The translations under genes and the position numbers were made by a program. This document shows, piece by piece, positions 1 to 8,594 of a stretch of 24,000 nt of DNA. Below the pieces are notes generated by a model that saw only the letters and a list, made by a program, of their open reading frames with translations, searched no databases and was not told the origin of the DNA. The stretch comes from Aminobacter sp. (GTDB lineage: Bacteria; Pseudomonadota; Alphaproteobacteria; Rhizobiales; Rhizobiaceae): the NCBI GenBank assembly GCA_965279395.1, contig CBDIHR010000002.1, forward strand, positions 351,887 to 375,886, in the 5' to 3' direction. Each line of letters begins with the position of its first letter. Within the stretch, counting starts at the first letter, position 1.

Positions 1-419
1 CGATCGATCCGGCAATCATCCAGGCAGCCCTGCGACCGCTGCAGGAAAAGGCGGTCGACATCTCCACGCTTGGCGTCGAAATCACCCGCCACGAGGAAAA
101 GGTCGACCCGAACGTTCCGAAGATCATCGGCTCGCCACTGTCGGCGCAGCGGCTGAGGGCGCTCTATTTTACCCGCGCGACGGCACCCTGGGGCGATGGC
201 CCGCTCTATCACCATGTCGGGCTTTATGTTTACCGCCGTGCAGCGCTCGAGCGTTTCGTCGGCCTAGGCCCGTCGCCGCTGGAACGGCGCGAGCGGCTCG
301 AGCAGCTGCGCGCGCTGGAAGCCGGCATGCGCATCGACGTCGAGATCGTCGACACGGTGCCGCTGGGCGTCGACACGCCCGAGCACCTTGAACGCGCCCG
401 CGAGCTTCTGACGAAATAA
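1..419 (+). CDS. kdsB: 3-deoxy-manno-octulosonate cytidylyltransferase (CMP-KDO synthetase), C-terminal fragment; 5' end lies outside the window
   Basis: The frame is open from the window edge (codon phase from nt 3) to TAA at 417-419. My translation is ...[87 protein letters not shown]. This matches the conserved KdsB C-terminus (LEQLR ... GVDTPEDL type motif). It is absent from the ORF track because there is no in-window start. Confidence 0.8.
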   Translation, partial: IDPAIIQAALRPLQEKAVDISTLGVEITRHEEKVDPNVPKIIGSPLSAQRLRALYFTRATAPWGDGPLYHHVGLYVYRRAALERFVGLGPSPLERRERLEQLRALEAGMRIDVEIVDTVPLGVDTPEHLERARELLTK

Positions 420-455
420 GCGAACTTCTCTCGAACTAGAACAGACAGGCCTATC

Positions 456-1319
456 ATGCCGACGACGACCAACAAGATTTCATTCCAGGGCGAGCCGGGC
501 GCCAACTCCGACACCGCCTGCCGCAACATGTTCCCCGACATGGAGCCGCTGCCCTGCGCCACCTTCGAGGACGCCTTCAACGCGGTCGAGACCGGCAAGG
601 CGGATCTCGCCATGATCCCGATCGAGAACACGATCGCCGGCCGTGTCGCCGACATTCATCACCTGTTGCCGGAATCGAAGCTGCACATCGTCGGCGAGTA
701 TTTCCTGCCGATCCATTTTCAGCTGATGGTCCTGCCGGGCGTGCAGCGCTCCGAGATCAAGACCGTGCACAGCCACATCCATGCGCTCGGCCAGTGCCGC
801 AAATACATCCGCAAGAATGGCTGGAAGCCGGTGATCGCCGGCGATACGGCTGGTGCCGCCAAGCTCGTTTCAGAGGTCAAGGACAGGACGATGGCCGCCC
901 TTGCGCCGCGTCTCGCCGCCACGCTCTATGGCCTCGACATACTGGAAGAGAATGTCGAGGACACCGACAGCAACGTCACGCGCTTCGTCGTCCTGACCAA
1001 GAACAAGCAGTGGGTCGAGCGTCCGAGCCAGGACGCCAAGATGATGACGACGTTCATGTTCCGCGTCCGCAACGTGCCGGCGGCACTGTACAAGGCGATG
1101 GGCGGCTTCGCCACCAACGGCGTCAACATGACCAAGCTGGAGAGCTACCAGCTCGGCGCCTTCACCGCGACGCTGTTTTATGCCGACATCGAAGGCCATC
1201 CGGAAGACGCGAATGTCACCCACGCGCTGGAGGAACTGCGCTTCTTCTCACGCGAAGTGCGCATCCTCGGCGTCTATCCGGCAAGCGATTCCCGCGAGGC
1301 GTGGAAGGTCGCCGACTGA
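456..1319 (+). CDS. pheA: prephenate dehydratase
   Basis: 287-aa ORF with an ATG start. It has ISFQGEPGANSD at the N-terminus, the TRFVVL motif and an ACT-like C-terminus, all typical of PheA-type prephenate dehydratases. Confidence 0.9.
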   Translation: MPTTTNKISFQGEPGANSDTACRNMFPDMEPLPCATFEDAFNAVETGKADLAMIPIENTIAGRVADIHHLLPESKLHIVGEYFLPIHFQLMVLPGVQRSEIKTVHSHIHALGQCRKYIRKNGWKPVIAGDTAGAAKLVSEVKDRTMAALAPRLAATLYGLDILEENVEDTDSNVTRFVVLTKNKQWVERPSQDAKMMTTFMFRVRNVPAALYKAMGGFATNGVNMTKLESYQLGAFTATLFYADIEGHPEDANVTHALEELRFFSREVRILGVYPASDSREAWKVAD

Positions 1320-1334
1320 GGCGACCGTTCTTTT

Positions 1335-2276
1335 TCAGGCGTCTTCCGCCCAGGTTCGGATGAGCTGGTGCGCGATGGCATGTCCCGGCGGCACCCTGAG
1401 TGCGCCGGGGTGCGTGCCCGCGAGCATCTCAAGAACCTCTGCCCGGGGAAACCAGCGGCAGTCTTCCAGCTCGTCGGCGTCGGTCGAGATGTCCTCGTTG
1501 AGCGCCTCGCCATAGCAGCCGATCATCAGCGAATAGGGAAAAGGCCAGGGCTGGCTCGAATGGTAGACGACGCGGCCGAGCCGGATGCCGGCTTCCTCAA
1601 GCGTTTCGCGCCGCACCGCCGCCTCGATCGTTTCGCCCGGCTCGATGAAGCCGGCGAGCGCCGAATAGACGCCCGGCGCGAAGTGCCGGCCGCGGCCCAT
1701 CAGGCACTTGTCGCCCGACACAGTCAGCATGATGGCGACCGGGTCGGTGCGCGGGAAGTGTTCGGTGCCGCATCCCGTGCAGCGGCGCTTGTAGCCGCCG
1801 GCGCGCATCTCGGTTTCAGCGCCGCAGCGGCCACAGAAGCGATGGCTGGCGTGCCAGGCAAGCAATGCTGCGCCCTGCGCCAGGGCGCCGAGCCCTGCCT
1901 CGTCGACGAGGCGTTGCGCCAGGATCGAGCGGAAGTCGATGGCTTTCAGGTGTTCCGGCAGGCCCTCAAGCTCGGCAGCTAGGGGCAGTGCCAGCATGGC
2001 GATGTCGTCTGCACGGCCAAGCAGGATCGCCTCACCGGTTTGGGCACCCACCGCCTCGGCTTTCGCGAGCGTGAAATAGGGATTCGGCGAACCGCCACTG
2101 AAGTCGAGCAGCAGGCGACCCGACGCGACCAGCAGCAGCCTTGTGTCGGGTTCGGCGAGTGCCTTCAGGGCGGAATCGTCGCTGCGCTTTTCCGACTGGC
2201 GGTCGATGATGTTGCCGGCGAAGCCGAGGAAATGGCTGGCTTCACGCGTCGGTGCGTCGAACAGGCTAAAAGGCAT
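1335..2276 (-). CDS. nudC: NAD(+) diphosphatase (NADH pyrophosphatase), Nudix family
   Basis: 313-aa ORF. It has a zinc-ribbon CGRCG...CTGCG followed by the Nudix box GFIEPGETIEAAVRRETLEEAGI and the SQPWPFPYSLM motif characteristic of NudC. Confidence 0.85.
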   Translation of the reverse strand: MPFSLFDAPTREASHFLGFAGNIIDRQSEKRSDDSALKALAEPDTRLLLVASGRLLLDFSGGSPNPYFTLAKAEAVGAQTGEAILLGRADDIAMLALPLAAELEGLPEHLKAIDFRSILAQRLVDEAGLGALAQGAALLAWHASHRFCGRCGAETEMRAGGYKRRCTGCGTEHFPRTDPVAIMLTVSGDKCLMGRGRHFAPGVYSALAGFIEPGETIEAAVRRETLEEAGIRLGRVVYHSSQPWPFPYSLMIGCYGEALNEDISTDADELEDCRWFPRAEVLEMLAGTHPGALRVPPGHAIAHQLIRTWAEDA

Positions 2277-2305
2277 CTGAAACTCGGTCTGCGTCGTTTC
2301 GGCTG

Positions 2306-2725
2306 TTATAGAGCCGACTTGATGCTCTCGGCAAACCTGTGCAGATCGTCGCGGCGGTAAGGCTCGCGCACGCCATGGCCCCAGACCGGGCCAGGCCAGC
2401 CAGGATCGCCCTCGGAGCGCCCGACGACATGGAAATGCAGCTGCCGCACGATGTTGCCAAGCGCGCCGCTGTTGATCTTGGCGCAGCCGGTGGATTGCTT
2501 CAGCGCATGCGCCACCATGTTGCTCTCGAAGGTCAGCATCGCCTGGTCGAGCGGGGTGAGGTCATGGATTTCCTCGACGCCGGGGCGCTGCGGCACGAGC
2601 ACCAACCAGGGCCAGCGTCGGTCATTCATGACGCGCAATTCGCAAAGGCCGAGCCACATCAGCGGTTCGCTGTCGGCGTCGAGACGCGAATCCAGCGTAA
2701 ACCCGGCCTTGAGCCCCGAAATCAT
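2306..2725 (-). CDS. HIT family (histidine triad) protein
   Basis: 139-aa ORF with the histidine-triad motif LHFHVVGR near the C-terminus. The ATG is preceded by AAGGGA. It lies 29 nt upstream of nudC on the same strand, so the two are probably one operon. Confidence 0.8.
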   Translation of the reverse strand: MISGLKAGFTLDSRLDADSEPLMWLGLCELRVMNDRRWPWLVLVPQRPGVEEIHDLTPLDQAMLTFESNMVAHALKQSTGCAKINSGALGNIVRQLHFHVVGRSEGDPGWPGPVWGHGVREPYRRDDLHRFAESIKSAL

Positions 2726-2877
2726 TGGCGTTTCCCTTGTTTCTTCGAAGGCTAGAGTGTGGCTGTCATGGCTGCAAGCGAATCATTGAAAAGGCTGGGC
2801 CGGAAACGTCGCGAGCGCACTGACATGCCGCGCGTTGCACCGATATGCTATGCGTCGAACGTCAGCGGAGATGCGCA

Positions 2878-3318
2878 ATGTTTGCCGGTCAGATCGCCCT
2901 GGTTCTCGCGGCCGCCTTTGCCGGTGCGGCATTCTACATCAATTTCGCCGAACAGCCCGCACGGCTTGGCCTCGACGACAAGAATCTGCTCGCGCAGTGG
3001 AAACCGAGCTATGCCGCAGGCTTCACCATGCAGGCGAGCCTTGCAGCCGTGTCCGGTTTGCTTGGCCTGCTGGCCGCCTGGCTGACCGCGGACTGGCGCT
3101 GGGTGGCGGGCGCCATGCTGATGCTCGCCAACTGGCCTTATACAATGCTCGGCATCATGCCGACCAACAAGCGGCTCGAGGCGATACCGAACGAGGAAGG
3201 CGGCGCCGCGTCCCGGCGTCTGATCGTGCATTGGGGAACGTTGCATGCGCTGCGCACCGGTCTCGGCATCGCGGCAACGCTTGCCTATCTCTGGGCGCTG
3301 AACTTCGGCAGCGCCTGA
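2878..3318 (+). CDS. DUF1772 (anthrone-oxygenase-like) membrane protein
   Basis: The ORF-track frame is 2845..3318. I prefer the ATG at 2878 (MFAGQIALVLAAAFAGAAFYINFAEQPARL...), which starts directly with the first of about 4 hydrophobic helices. The sequence pattern is typical of DUF1772 proteins. Confidence 0.7.
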   Translation: MFAGQIALVLAAAFAGAAFYINFAEQPARLGLDDKNLLAQWKPSYAAGFTMQASLAAVSGLLGLLAAWLTADWRWVAGAMLMLANWPYTMLGIMPTNKRLEAIPNEEGGAASRRLIVHWGTLHALRTGLGIAATLAYLWALNFGSA

Positions 3319-3372
3319 CCGTCGCGTCGACATAGCGCGTGATCGTCGCGTCGACATGTCGTCCAAGGGCTC

Positions 3373-3400
3373 TTGCAATTGGTGCGGCAATTGCCGATAT
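3373..3400 (+). promoter_or_regulatory. putative sigma70-type promoter for ffs (TTGCAA - 16 nt - CGATAT)
   Basis: TTGCAA at 3373-3378 and CGATAT at 3395-3400 resemble the alphaproteobacterial CTTGAC-N17-CTATAT consensus. They would place a start a few nt into the GGAGGTTGGGAGG run that opens the SRP RNA helix. This is pattern match only. Confidence 0.3.
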
Positions 3401-3401
3401 G

Positions 3402-3508
3402 GAGGTTGGGAGGTTGGTGGTGGACGATCCACTCGCCAACCGGGTCAGGTCCGGAAGGAAGCAGCCCTAACGAGCCCGGAACGGGTCATTGTTCCAGCCT
3501 CCCGCCTC
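3402..3508 (+). ncRNA. ffs: signal recognition particle RNA (4.5S / small SRP RNA); ends approximate (+/- ~8 nt)
   Basis: It contains the universally conserved SRP domain IV sequence GGTCAGGTCCGGAAGGAAGCAGCC (about 3442-3465), with the GGAA tetraloop at 3453-3456. The 5' GGGAGGTTGG (3408-3417) pairs with the 3' CCAGCCTCCC (3494-3503). Its position immediately upstream of dnaX is the classic ffs-dnaX-ybaB-recR arrangement. Confidence 0.8.
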
Positions 3509-3627
3509 TTCGCCCTTCTCCGCGTCATTGACGGCGTTGCGCCGTGCGGGCGAAACTCGCTTCGCGGAATCGGCCTGTCGTGGTCGAGGCAGGGGCGCCA
3601 ATACGAACGGGCGGGCGAACGGGGCGG

Positions 3628-5445
3628 ATGAGCGAAGCCGGACAAACCGATAAGAGCAAGGCCTACCGCGTTCTCGCGCGCAAGTATCGTCCTGCGGATT
3701 TTACGGCACTCGTCGGCCAGGAGCCGATGGTCCAGACGCTGACCAACGCGTTTTCCTCGGGCCGCATCGCCCAGGCCTGGATGCTGACCGGCGTCCGTGG
3801 CGTAGGCAAGACCACCACAGCTCGCATCCTGGCTCGTGCACTCAACTACAAGACATCAGACATCGACCGCCCGTCGGTCGACCTTACAGTGCTCGGCGAG
3901 CATTGCCAGTCGATCATGGAAGGCCGCCATGTCGACGTCATCGAGATGGACGCCGCGTCCCACACAGGCATCGACGATATCCGCGACATCATCGACCGCG
4001 TGCGCTATGCGCCCGTTTCGGCGCGCTACAAGGTCTACATCATCGACGAGGTGCACATGCTGTCGACGCAGGCCTTCAACGGCCTGCTCAAGACGCTGGA
4101 AGAGCCGCCTCCGCATGTGAAGTTCATCTTCGCCACCACTGAAATCCGAAAAGTTCCGATCACGGTGTTGTCGCGCTGCCAGCGCTTCGACCTGCGCCGC
4201 ATCGACGCCGGCAAGCTTGTCGGGCATCTCAGGAACATCGCCGGCCAGGAAGGCATATCGGTCGAAGACGACGCACTGGCCATGGTTGCGCGGGCGGCCG
4301 AAGGCTCGGCGCGCGATTCGCTGTCGATCCTCGACCAGGCCATTGCCCATGGCGGCGGCACGGTGACCACGGAAGCGGTGCGCGCCATGCTCGGTCTTGC
4401 CGACCGGGCGCGGGTCGTCGATCTGTTCGAAAACATCATGAAGGGTGACATCGCCGCTGCCCTTGGCGAACTGCGCGCCCAGTACGACACCGGCGCCGAC
4501 CCGGTGGCGGTGCTCAACGACCTTGCCGAATTCACCCATCTGGTCACCCGTCTGCGTTTCGTGCCGTCGGCGGCCGACGATGCCTCGCTGTCCGAGGACG
4601 AGCGCAAGAGGGGCGTGGAATTCGCCCAGTCTCTTTCCGTCAGGGTGCTTTCCCGCGCGTGGCAGATGCTGCTCAAGGGCATTCCCGAGGTGCAATCGTC
4701 CAACCGGCCGGTCAGTGCCGCCGAGATGGTTCTGATCCGGCTGGCCCACGCCGCCGACCTGCCGACGCTCGACGAAGCGCTGAAATCGCTCGGCGATGCG
4801 CCGTCGCAGCCTTCGGGCGCCCCACGCAATGGTGGTGGCATGCCTACCGGCGGCAATGGCGGAGCCGGCGCGTCGGCCGTGTCGCAGGCGCGCATGCCGG
4901 TCAGCAATGGCGGCGGCCAAACGATGCGCCTGGTGGAAAGCGCACCCGCACCCACGGCCTTCGTCGCGCCGACGCCGGCGCCGGATCCGGTTGTCGATGC
5001 AGTGCCGGTGCGCACCATCGCCGAGCTCGCGAACCTCGCCGAAGCCAACCGTGAGATGGCATTCAAGGTACTGATCCGCCGTGCTGTGCGCCCGGTGCGC
5101 ATCGAGCCCGGCCATATCGAATGCAGCCTGACCTCTGACGCGCCGCGCACGTTCCTCAACGACCTGACCACCAAGCTGAAGCTATGGACCGGCCGCCACT
5201 GGATGGTCTCGCTGTCGCGCGAGGAGGGCGGACCGACGCTGGCGGAGCTCGAGGCGACCAAGCGCGAGGTCGCCCTTACCGATGCCAAGGCCGACCCGAC
5301 CGTGGCCGCGATCCTGTCGCGTTTTCCCGGCGCCAAAATCATCGACGTGCGCCTGCCGACTGCGCCTGACGCGCCCGACCTGGATATCGACACCGAGTTG
5401 CCGCCTGATCCGGGCGTGGACAACGACGATGACGACCCGTTTTGA
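3628..5445 (+). CDS. dnaX: DNA polymerase III subunits gamma/tau
   Basis: The ORF-track frame is 3544..5445. I prefer ATG 3628 (MSEAGQTDKSKAYRVLARKYRP...). It has a Walker A GVRGVGKTTTARILA, a Walker B IIDEVHML and the sensor SRCQRFDL. A Gly/Pro/Ala-rich linker and an acidic C-terminus fit tau. Confidence 0.9.
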   Translation: MSEAGQTDKSKAYRVLARKYRPADFTALVGQEPMVQTLTNAFSSGRIAQAWMLTGVRGVGKTTTARILARALNYKTSDIDRPSVDLTVLGEHCQSIMEGRHVDVIEMDAASHTGIDDIRDIIDRVRYAPVSARYKVYIIDEVHMLSTQAFNGLLKTLEEPPPHVKFIFATTEIRKVPITVLSRCQRFDLRRIDAGKLVGHLRNIAGQEGISVEDDALAMVARAAEGSARDSLSILDQAIAHGGGTVTTEAVRAMLGLADRARVVDLFENIMKGDIAAALGELRAQYDTGADPVAVLNDLAEFTHLVTRLRFVPSAADDASLSEDERKRGVEFAQSLSVRVLSRAWQMLLKGIPEVQSSNRPVSAAEMVLIRLAHAADLPTLDEALKSLGDAPSQPSGAPRNGGGMPTGGNGGAGASAVSQARMPVSNGGGQTMRLVESAPAPTAFVAPTPAPDPVVDAVPVRTIAELANLAEANREMAFKVLIRRAVRPVRIEPGHIECSLTSDAPRTFLNDLTTKLKLWTGRHWMVSLSREEGGPTLAELEATKREVALTDAKADPTVAAILSRFPGAKIIDVRLPTAPDAPDLDIDTELPPDPGVDNDDDDPF

Positions 5446-5463
5446 GATGAAAGGAACACGACC

Positions 5464-5787
5464 ATGAAGGATTTGCTGGGCCTGATGGGCAAGGCGAAGG
5501 AAATGCAGGCCAAGCTTCAGGCCATGCAGGAAGAGGTCGCCCTGATCGAGGCTACCGGCCAGTCCGGCGGCGGCATGGTCATCGTGACGCTTTCGGGCAA
5601 GTCGGAAATGAAGTCGGTGAAGATCGATCCGTCGCTGCTGAAGGAAGGCGAGGGCGAGATCCTCGAGGACCTGATCGTCGCCGCGCACAACGATGCCAAG
5701 GCCAAGGTCGAGGCGACGATGCAGGAAAAGACCAAGGCGCTGACCGCCGGCCTGCCGCTCCCGCCCGGCATGAAGCTGCCGTTCTGA
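5464..5787 (+). CDS. ybaB: YbaB/EbfC family nucleoid-associated protein
   Basis: 107-aa ORF. AAGGAA lies 8 nt upstream of the ATG. The sequence ([24 protein letters not shown]...GGGMV.VT..G) and its position after dnaX are typical. Confidence 0.9.
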   Translation: MKDLLGLMGKAKEMQAKLQAMQEEVALIEATGQSGGGMVIVTLSGKSEMKSVKIDPSLLKEGEGEILEDLIVAAHNDAKAKVEATMQEKTKALTAGLPLPPGMKLPF

Positions 5788-5920
5788 GCGAATAGGGAAT
5801 AGCGAATAGTGAGTAGGGAGTAGTGGGGCGGCGCTTGAATGTCAGGCGTCGTTTCGCATCAAGCTACTCACTACTCACTACTCACTACTCACTACTCACT
5901 ACTCACTACTCACTACTCGC
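5788..5920. repeat. heptad-repeat hairpin element, copy 1: five NGARTAG heptads, a central hairpin, then 7 perfect CTACTCA repeats plus one CTACTCG
   Basis: Read directly from the sequence. Left-arm heptads are CGAATAG GGAATAG CGAATAG TGAGTAG GGAGTAG (5789-5823). The core is 5824-5863 and contains GCTTGA...TCAAGC. The right arm is CTACTCA x7 (5864-5912) plus CTACTCG (5913-5919), the reverse complement of the left-arm unit. The element fills the whole gap between the ybaB stop (5785-5787) and the stop of the convergent ADH gene (5921-5923). Confidence 0.85.
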
Positions 5921-6961
<1,041 letters not shown>

Positions 6962-7152
6962 GGTCGCCTCCAACTGATTTCGGCCGCCTGAAAGCGTGCC
7001 CTTGCCCTTCATCAGCCTGACCATAGCGACCGGGCGTTGCAGAGGCGAGCCTGGCATTGAGGCGCGATTAACCGCTTGGCCATCATTTTGCCCGAAACGG
7101 GCGCATTGTTGGCGCAATCTGGGGACGTGGCGGGCATACGAGAGGGGCGCTT

Positions 7153-7863
7153 TTGATCGCCAAAAATTGGAAGATGCCGATGCTTGTCGGCGTCGTGGCC
7201 TTGCCGTGCATCGTTTCGGGATGCACCACCAGCAAGCTTACTGACGGCATTACCACGAGCTCGGTTCGTTCGGGTTCCTACGCCTATACGGCGAAGGACA
7301 AGGAGTGCCTGTCGCGCGCGATGTTCTTCGAATCCAACCGCTCGAGCCGCGACGGCCTCGTTGCCGTCGGCAGCGTCGTCATGAACCGGCTCAAGTCGGG
7401 CGAGTATGGCGACAGCGTCTGTGGCGTGGTCGGCCAGAAGAACCAGTTCGCGCCCGGGGTGCTGTCGCGGCCGATGAATTCCGAAGCCTTGCCCGACGTA
7501 CAGGCGGCTGCCGTCGCCGTGCTCAAGGGCGAACGCCACCCGAAGGTGAAGGACGAAGTGATGTTCTTCCACACTGCGGGCCTGAAGTTCCCCTACAAGA
7601 ACATGCACTACACCACGGTCGCCGGCGGCAATGCCTTCTATGAGAAGCGCAGCCGCAGAAAGCCGCTGCCAGCCACGCCCGAGACCATGGTCGCCTCAGT
7701 CGAGCAGCCGGCGCTGCCCGGCGTCGTCGAGGAGGCGCCGGCGACTGTCGCGTCTGCTGGTTCCGATGCGGCGCTGGCCAGCGCTATGTCGTTCCAGGCG
7801 ACGCCTGCGGATGCCGACGCGATCGGCGCGCTGATTGCGAGCCAGGACAGGCCAATGGAATGA
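7153..7863 (+). CDS. cell wall hydrolase, SleB-domain lipoprotein
   Basis: The track ORF starts at TTG 7153. ATG 7174 ([17 protein letters not shown], lipobox VSGC) is the more likely start. The motif [24 protein letters not shown]......YGDSVCGVV....QF is typical of SleB/cell-wall-hydrolase domains. The tail is Ala/Pro-rich. Confidence 0.8.
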   Translation: MIAKNWKMPMLVGVVALPCIVSGCTTSKLTDGITTSSVRSGSYAYTAKDKECLSRAMFFESNRSSRDGLVAVGSVVMNRLKSGEYGDSVCGVVGQKNQFAPGVLSRPMNSEALPDVQAAAVAVLKGERHPKVKDEVMFFHTAGLKFPYKNMHYTTVAGGNAFYEKRSRRKPLPATPETMVASVEQPALPGVVEEAPATVASAGSDAALASAMSFQATPADADAIGALIASQDRPME

Positions 7864-7952
7864 GCGAATAGGGAATAGTGAGTAGTGGGGGCTGAGCGGC
7901 GGCGCTGCGCCGATACCTCACTATTCGCTACTCACTATTCGCTACTCGTTTT
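7864..7952. repeat. heptad-repeat hairpin element, copy 2, followed by TTTT (terminator-like)
   Basis: The left arm is CGAATAG GGAATAG TGAGTAG (7865-7885). The core is TGGGGGCTGAGCGGCGGCGCTGCGCCGATAC. The right arm is CCTCA CTATTCG CTACTCA CTATTCG CTACTCG (7916-7948), followed by TTTT (7949-7952). The first 18 nt including the stop codon (TGAGCGAATAGGGAATAG, 7861-7878) are identical to 5785-5802. Confidence 0.8.
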
Positions 7953-7963
7953 ATATCGCTTCC

Positions 7964-8569
7964 ATGTCGAAGCGAATCGCCGGTCCCGAGATCGAACGCC
8001 TGATCCAGCTCCTGGCCAAGGTGCCGGGGCTTGGGCCGCGTTCGGCGCGCCGCGCGGCTCTTCACCTGATCAAGAAGAAAGAACAGCTGCTCGCGCCGCT
8101 GGCCGCCGCCATGAGCGAAGCGGTCGACACGGTGCGGGTGTGCTCGACCTGCGGCAATGTCGACACCTCCGACCCTTGCATGATCTGCACGGATCCGCGC
8201 CGCGACCCAACGACAATCATCGTCGTAGAGGACGTGTCCGACCTCTGGGCGCTGGAACGCGCCGGGGCGATGAACGCGCTTTTTCACGTGCTCGGCGGCA
8301 CGCTGTCGCCGCTCGACGGCATCGGGCCTGACCAGCTGACCATCAAGCAACTCGTGACCCGCATCGCCGAAGGCGGGGTTGCCGAAGTGATTCTCGCGGT
8401 CAACGCCACCGTCGAGGGCCAGACCACGGCGCACTATCTCACCGATCAGCTCTCCGGTTTCGACATCAAGGTGACGCGGCTGGCGCATGGCGTGCCGGTC
8501 GGCGGCGAACTCGATTATCTCGACGAAGGCACGCTGTCGGCGGCGTTGAAATCGCGGACCGTGTTTTGA
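7964..8569 (+). CDS. recR: recombination mediator protein RecR
   Basis: 201-aa ORF. It has the helix-hairpin-helix N-terminus [23 protein letters not shown], the Cys4 zinc finger [16 protein letters not shown] and a Toprim region. Confidence 0.95.
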   Translation: MSKRIAGPEIERLIQLLAKVPGLGPRSARRAALHLIKKKEQLLAPLAAAMSEAVDTVRVCSTCGNVDTSDPCMICTDPRRDPTTIIVVEDVSDLWALERAGAMNALFHVLGGTLSPLDGIGPDQLTIKQLVTRIAEGGVAEVILAVNATVEGQTTAHYLTDQLSGFDIKVTRLAHGVPVGGELDYLDEGTLSAALKSRTVF

Positions 8570-8594
8570 CGTAATTGGCTTGCAGGGAGGTTGG

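Noticed and set aside
1529-1541. 13-nt match (AGCGAATAGGGAA) to the start of the heptad element, inside nudC
   Set aside because: It is a single unit with no inverted partner. On the coding strand it encodes the conserved NudC motif PFPYSLM, so it is most simply a coincidence under protein-level constraint.
3544-3627. GTG 3544 as the dnaX start (28-aa extension)
   Set aside because: The extension (MRAKLASRNRPVVVEAGAPIRTGGRTGR) is not DnaX-like and starts about 35 nt after the SRP RNA. ATG 3628 gives the canonical N-terminus.
3628-5445. Programmed -1 frameshift site in dnaX (E. coli-type A AAA AAG) producing gamma
   Set aside because: I found no A-rich slippery heptamer in the gene. The only notable feature is a Gly/Pro/Ala-rich linker. 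In alphaproteobacteria such as Caulobacter, a short gamma form is reported to arise by proteolysis rather than frameshifting.
3856-5513. Long minus-strand ORFs (3856..5115, 419 aa; 4035..5513, 492 aa) antisense to dnaX
   Set aside because: The translations are low-complexity and Arg/Ala/Ser/Gly-rich, with no recognisable motifs. They are the usual stop-poor antisense frames of a high-GC gene. The plus-strand frame carries unmistakable DnaX motifs.
5864-5920. The CTACTCA array as a CRISPR array or telomere-like repeat
   Set aside because: The units are 7 bp and contiguous, with no spacers. The array is the right arm of an inverted-repeat hairpin element, so it is a microsatellite within a REP-like element.
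6962-7117. 52-aa upstream extension of the ADH ORF
   Set aside because: [10 protein letters not shown] at ATG 6961 is the standard MDR-family N-terminus and has GGAGG 6 nt upstream. The extension has no features.
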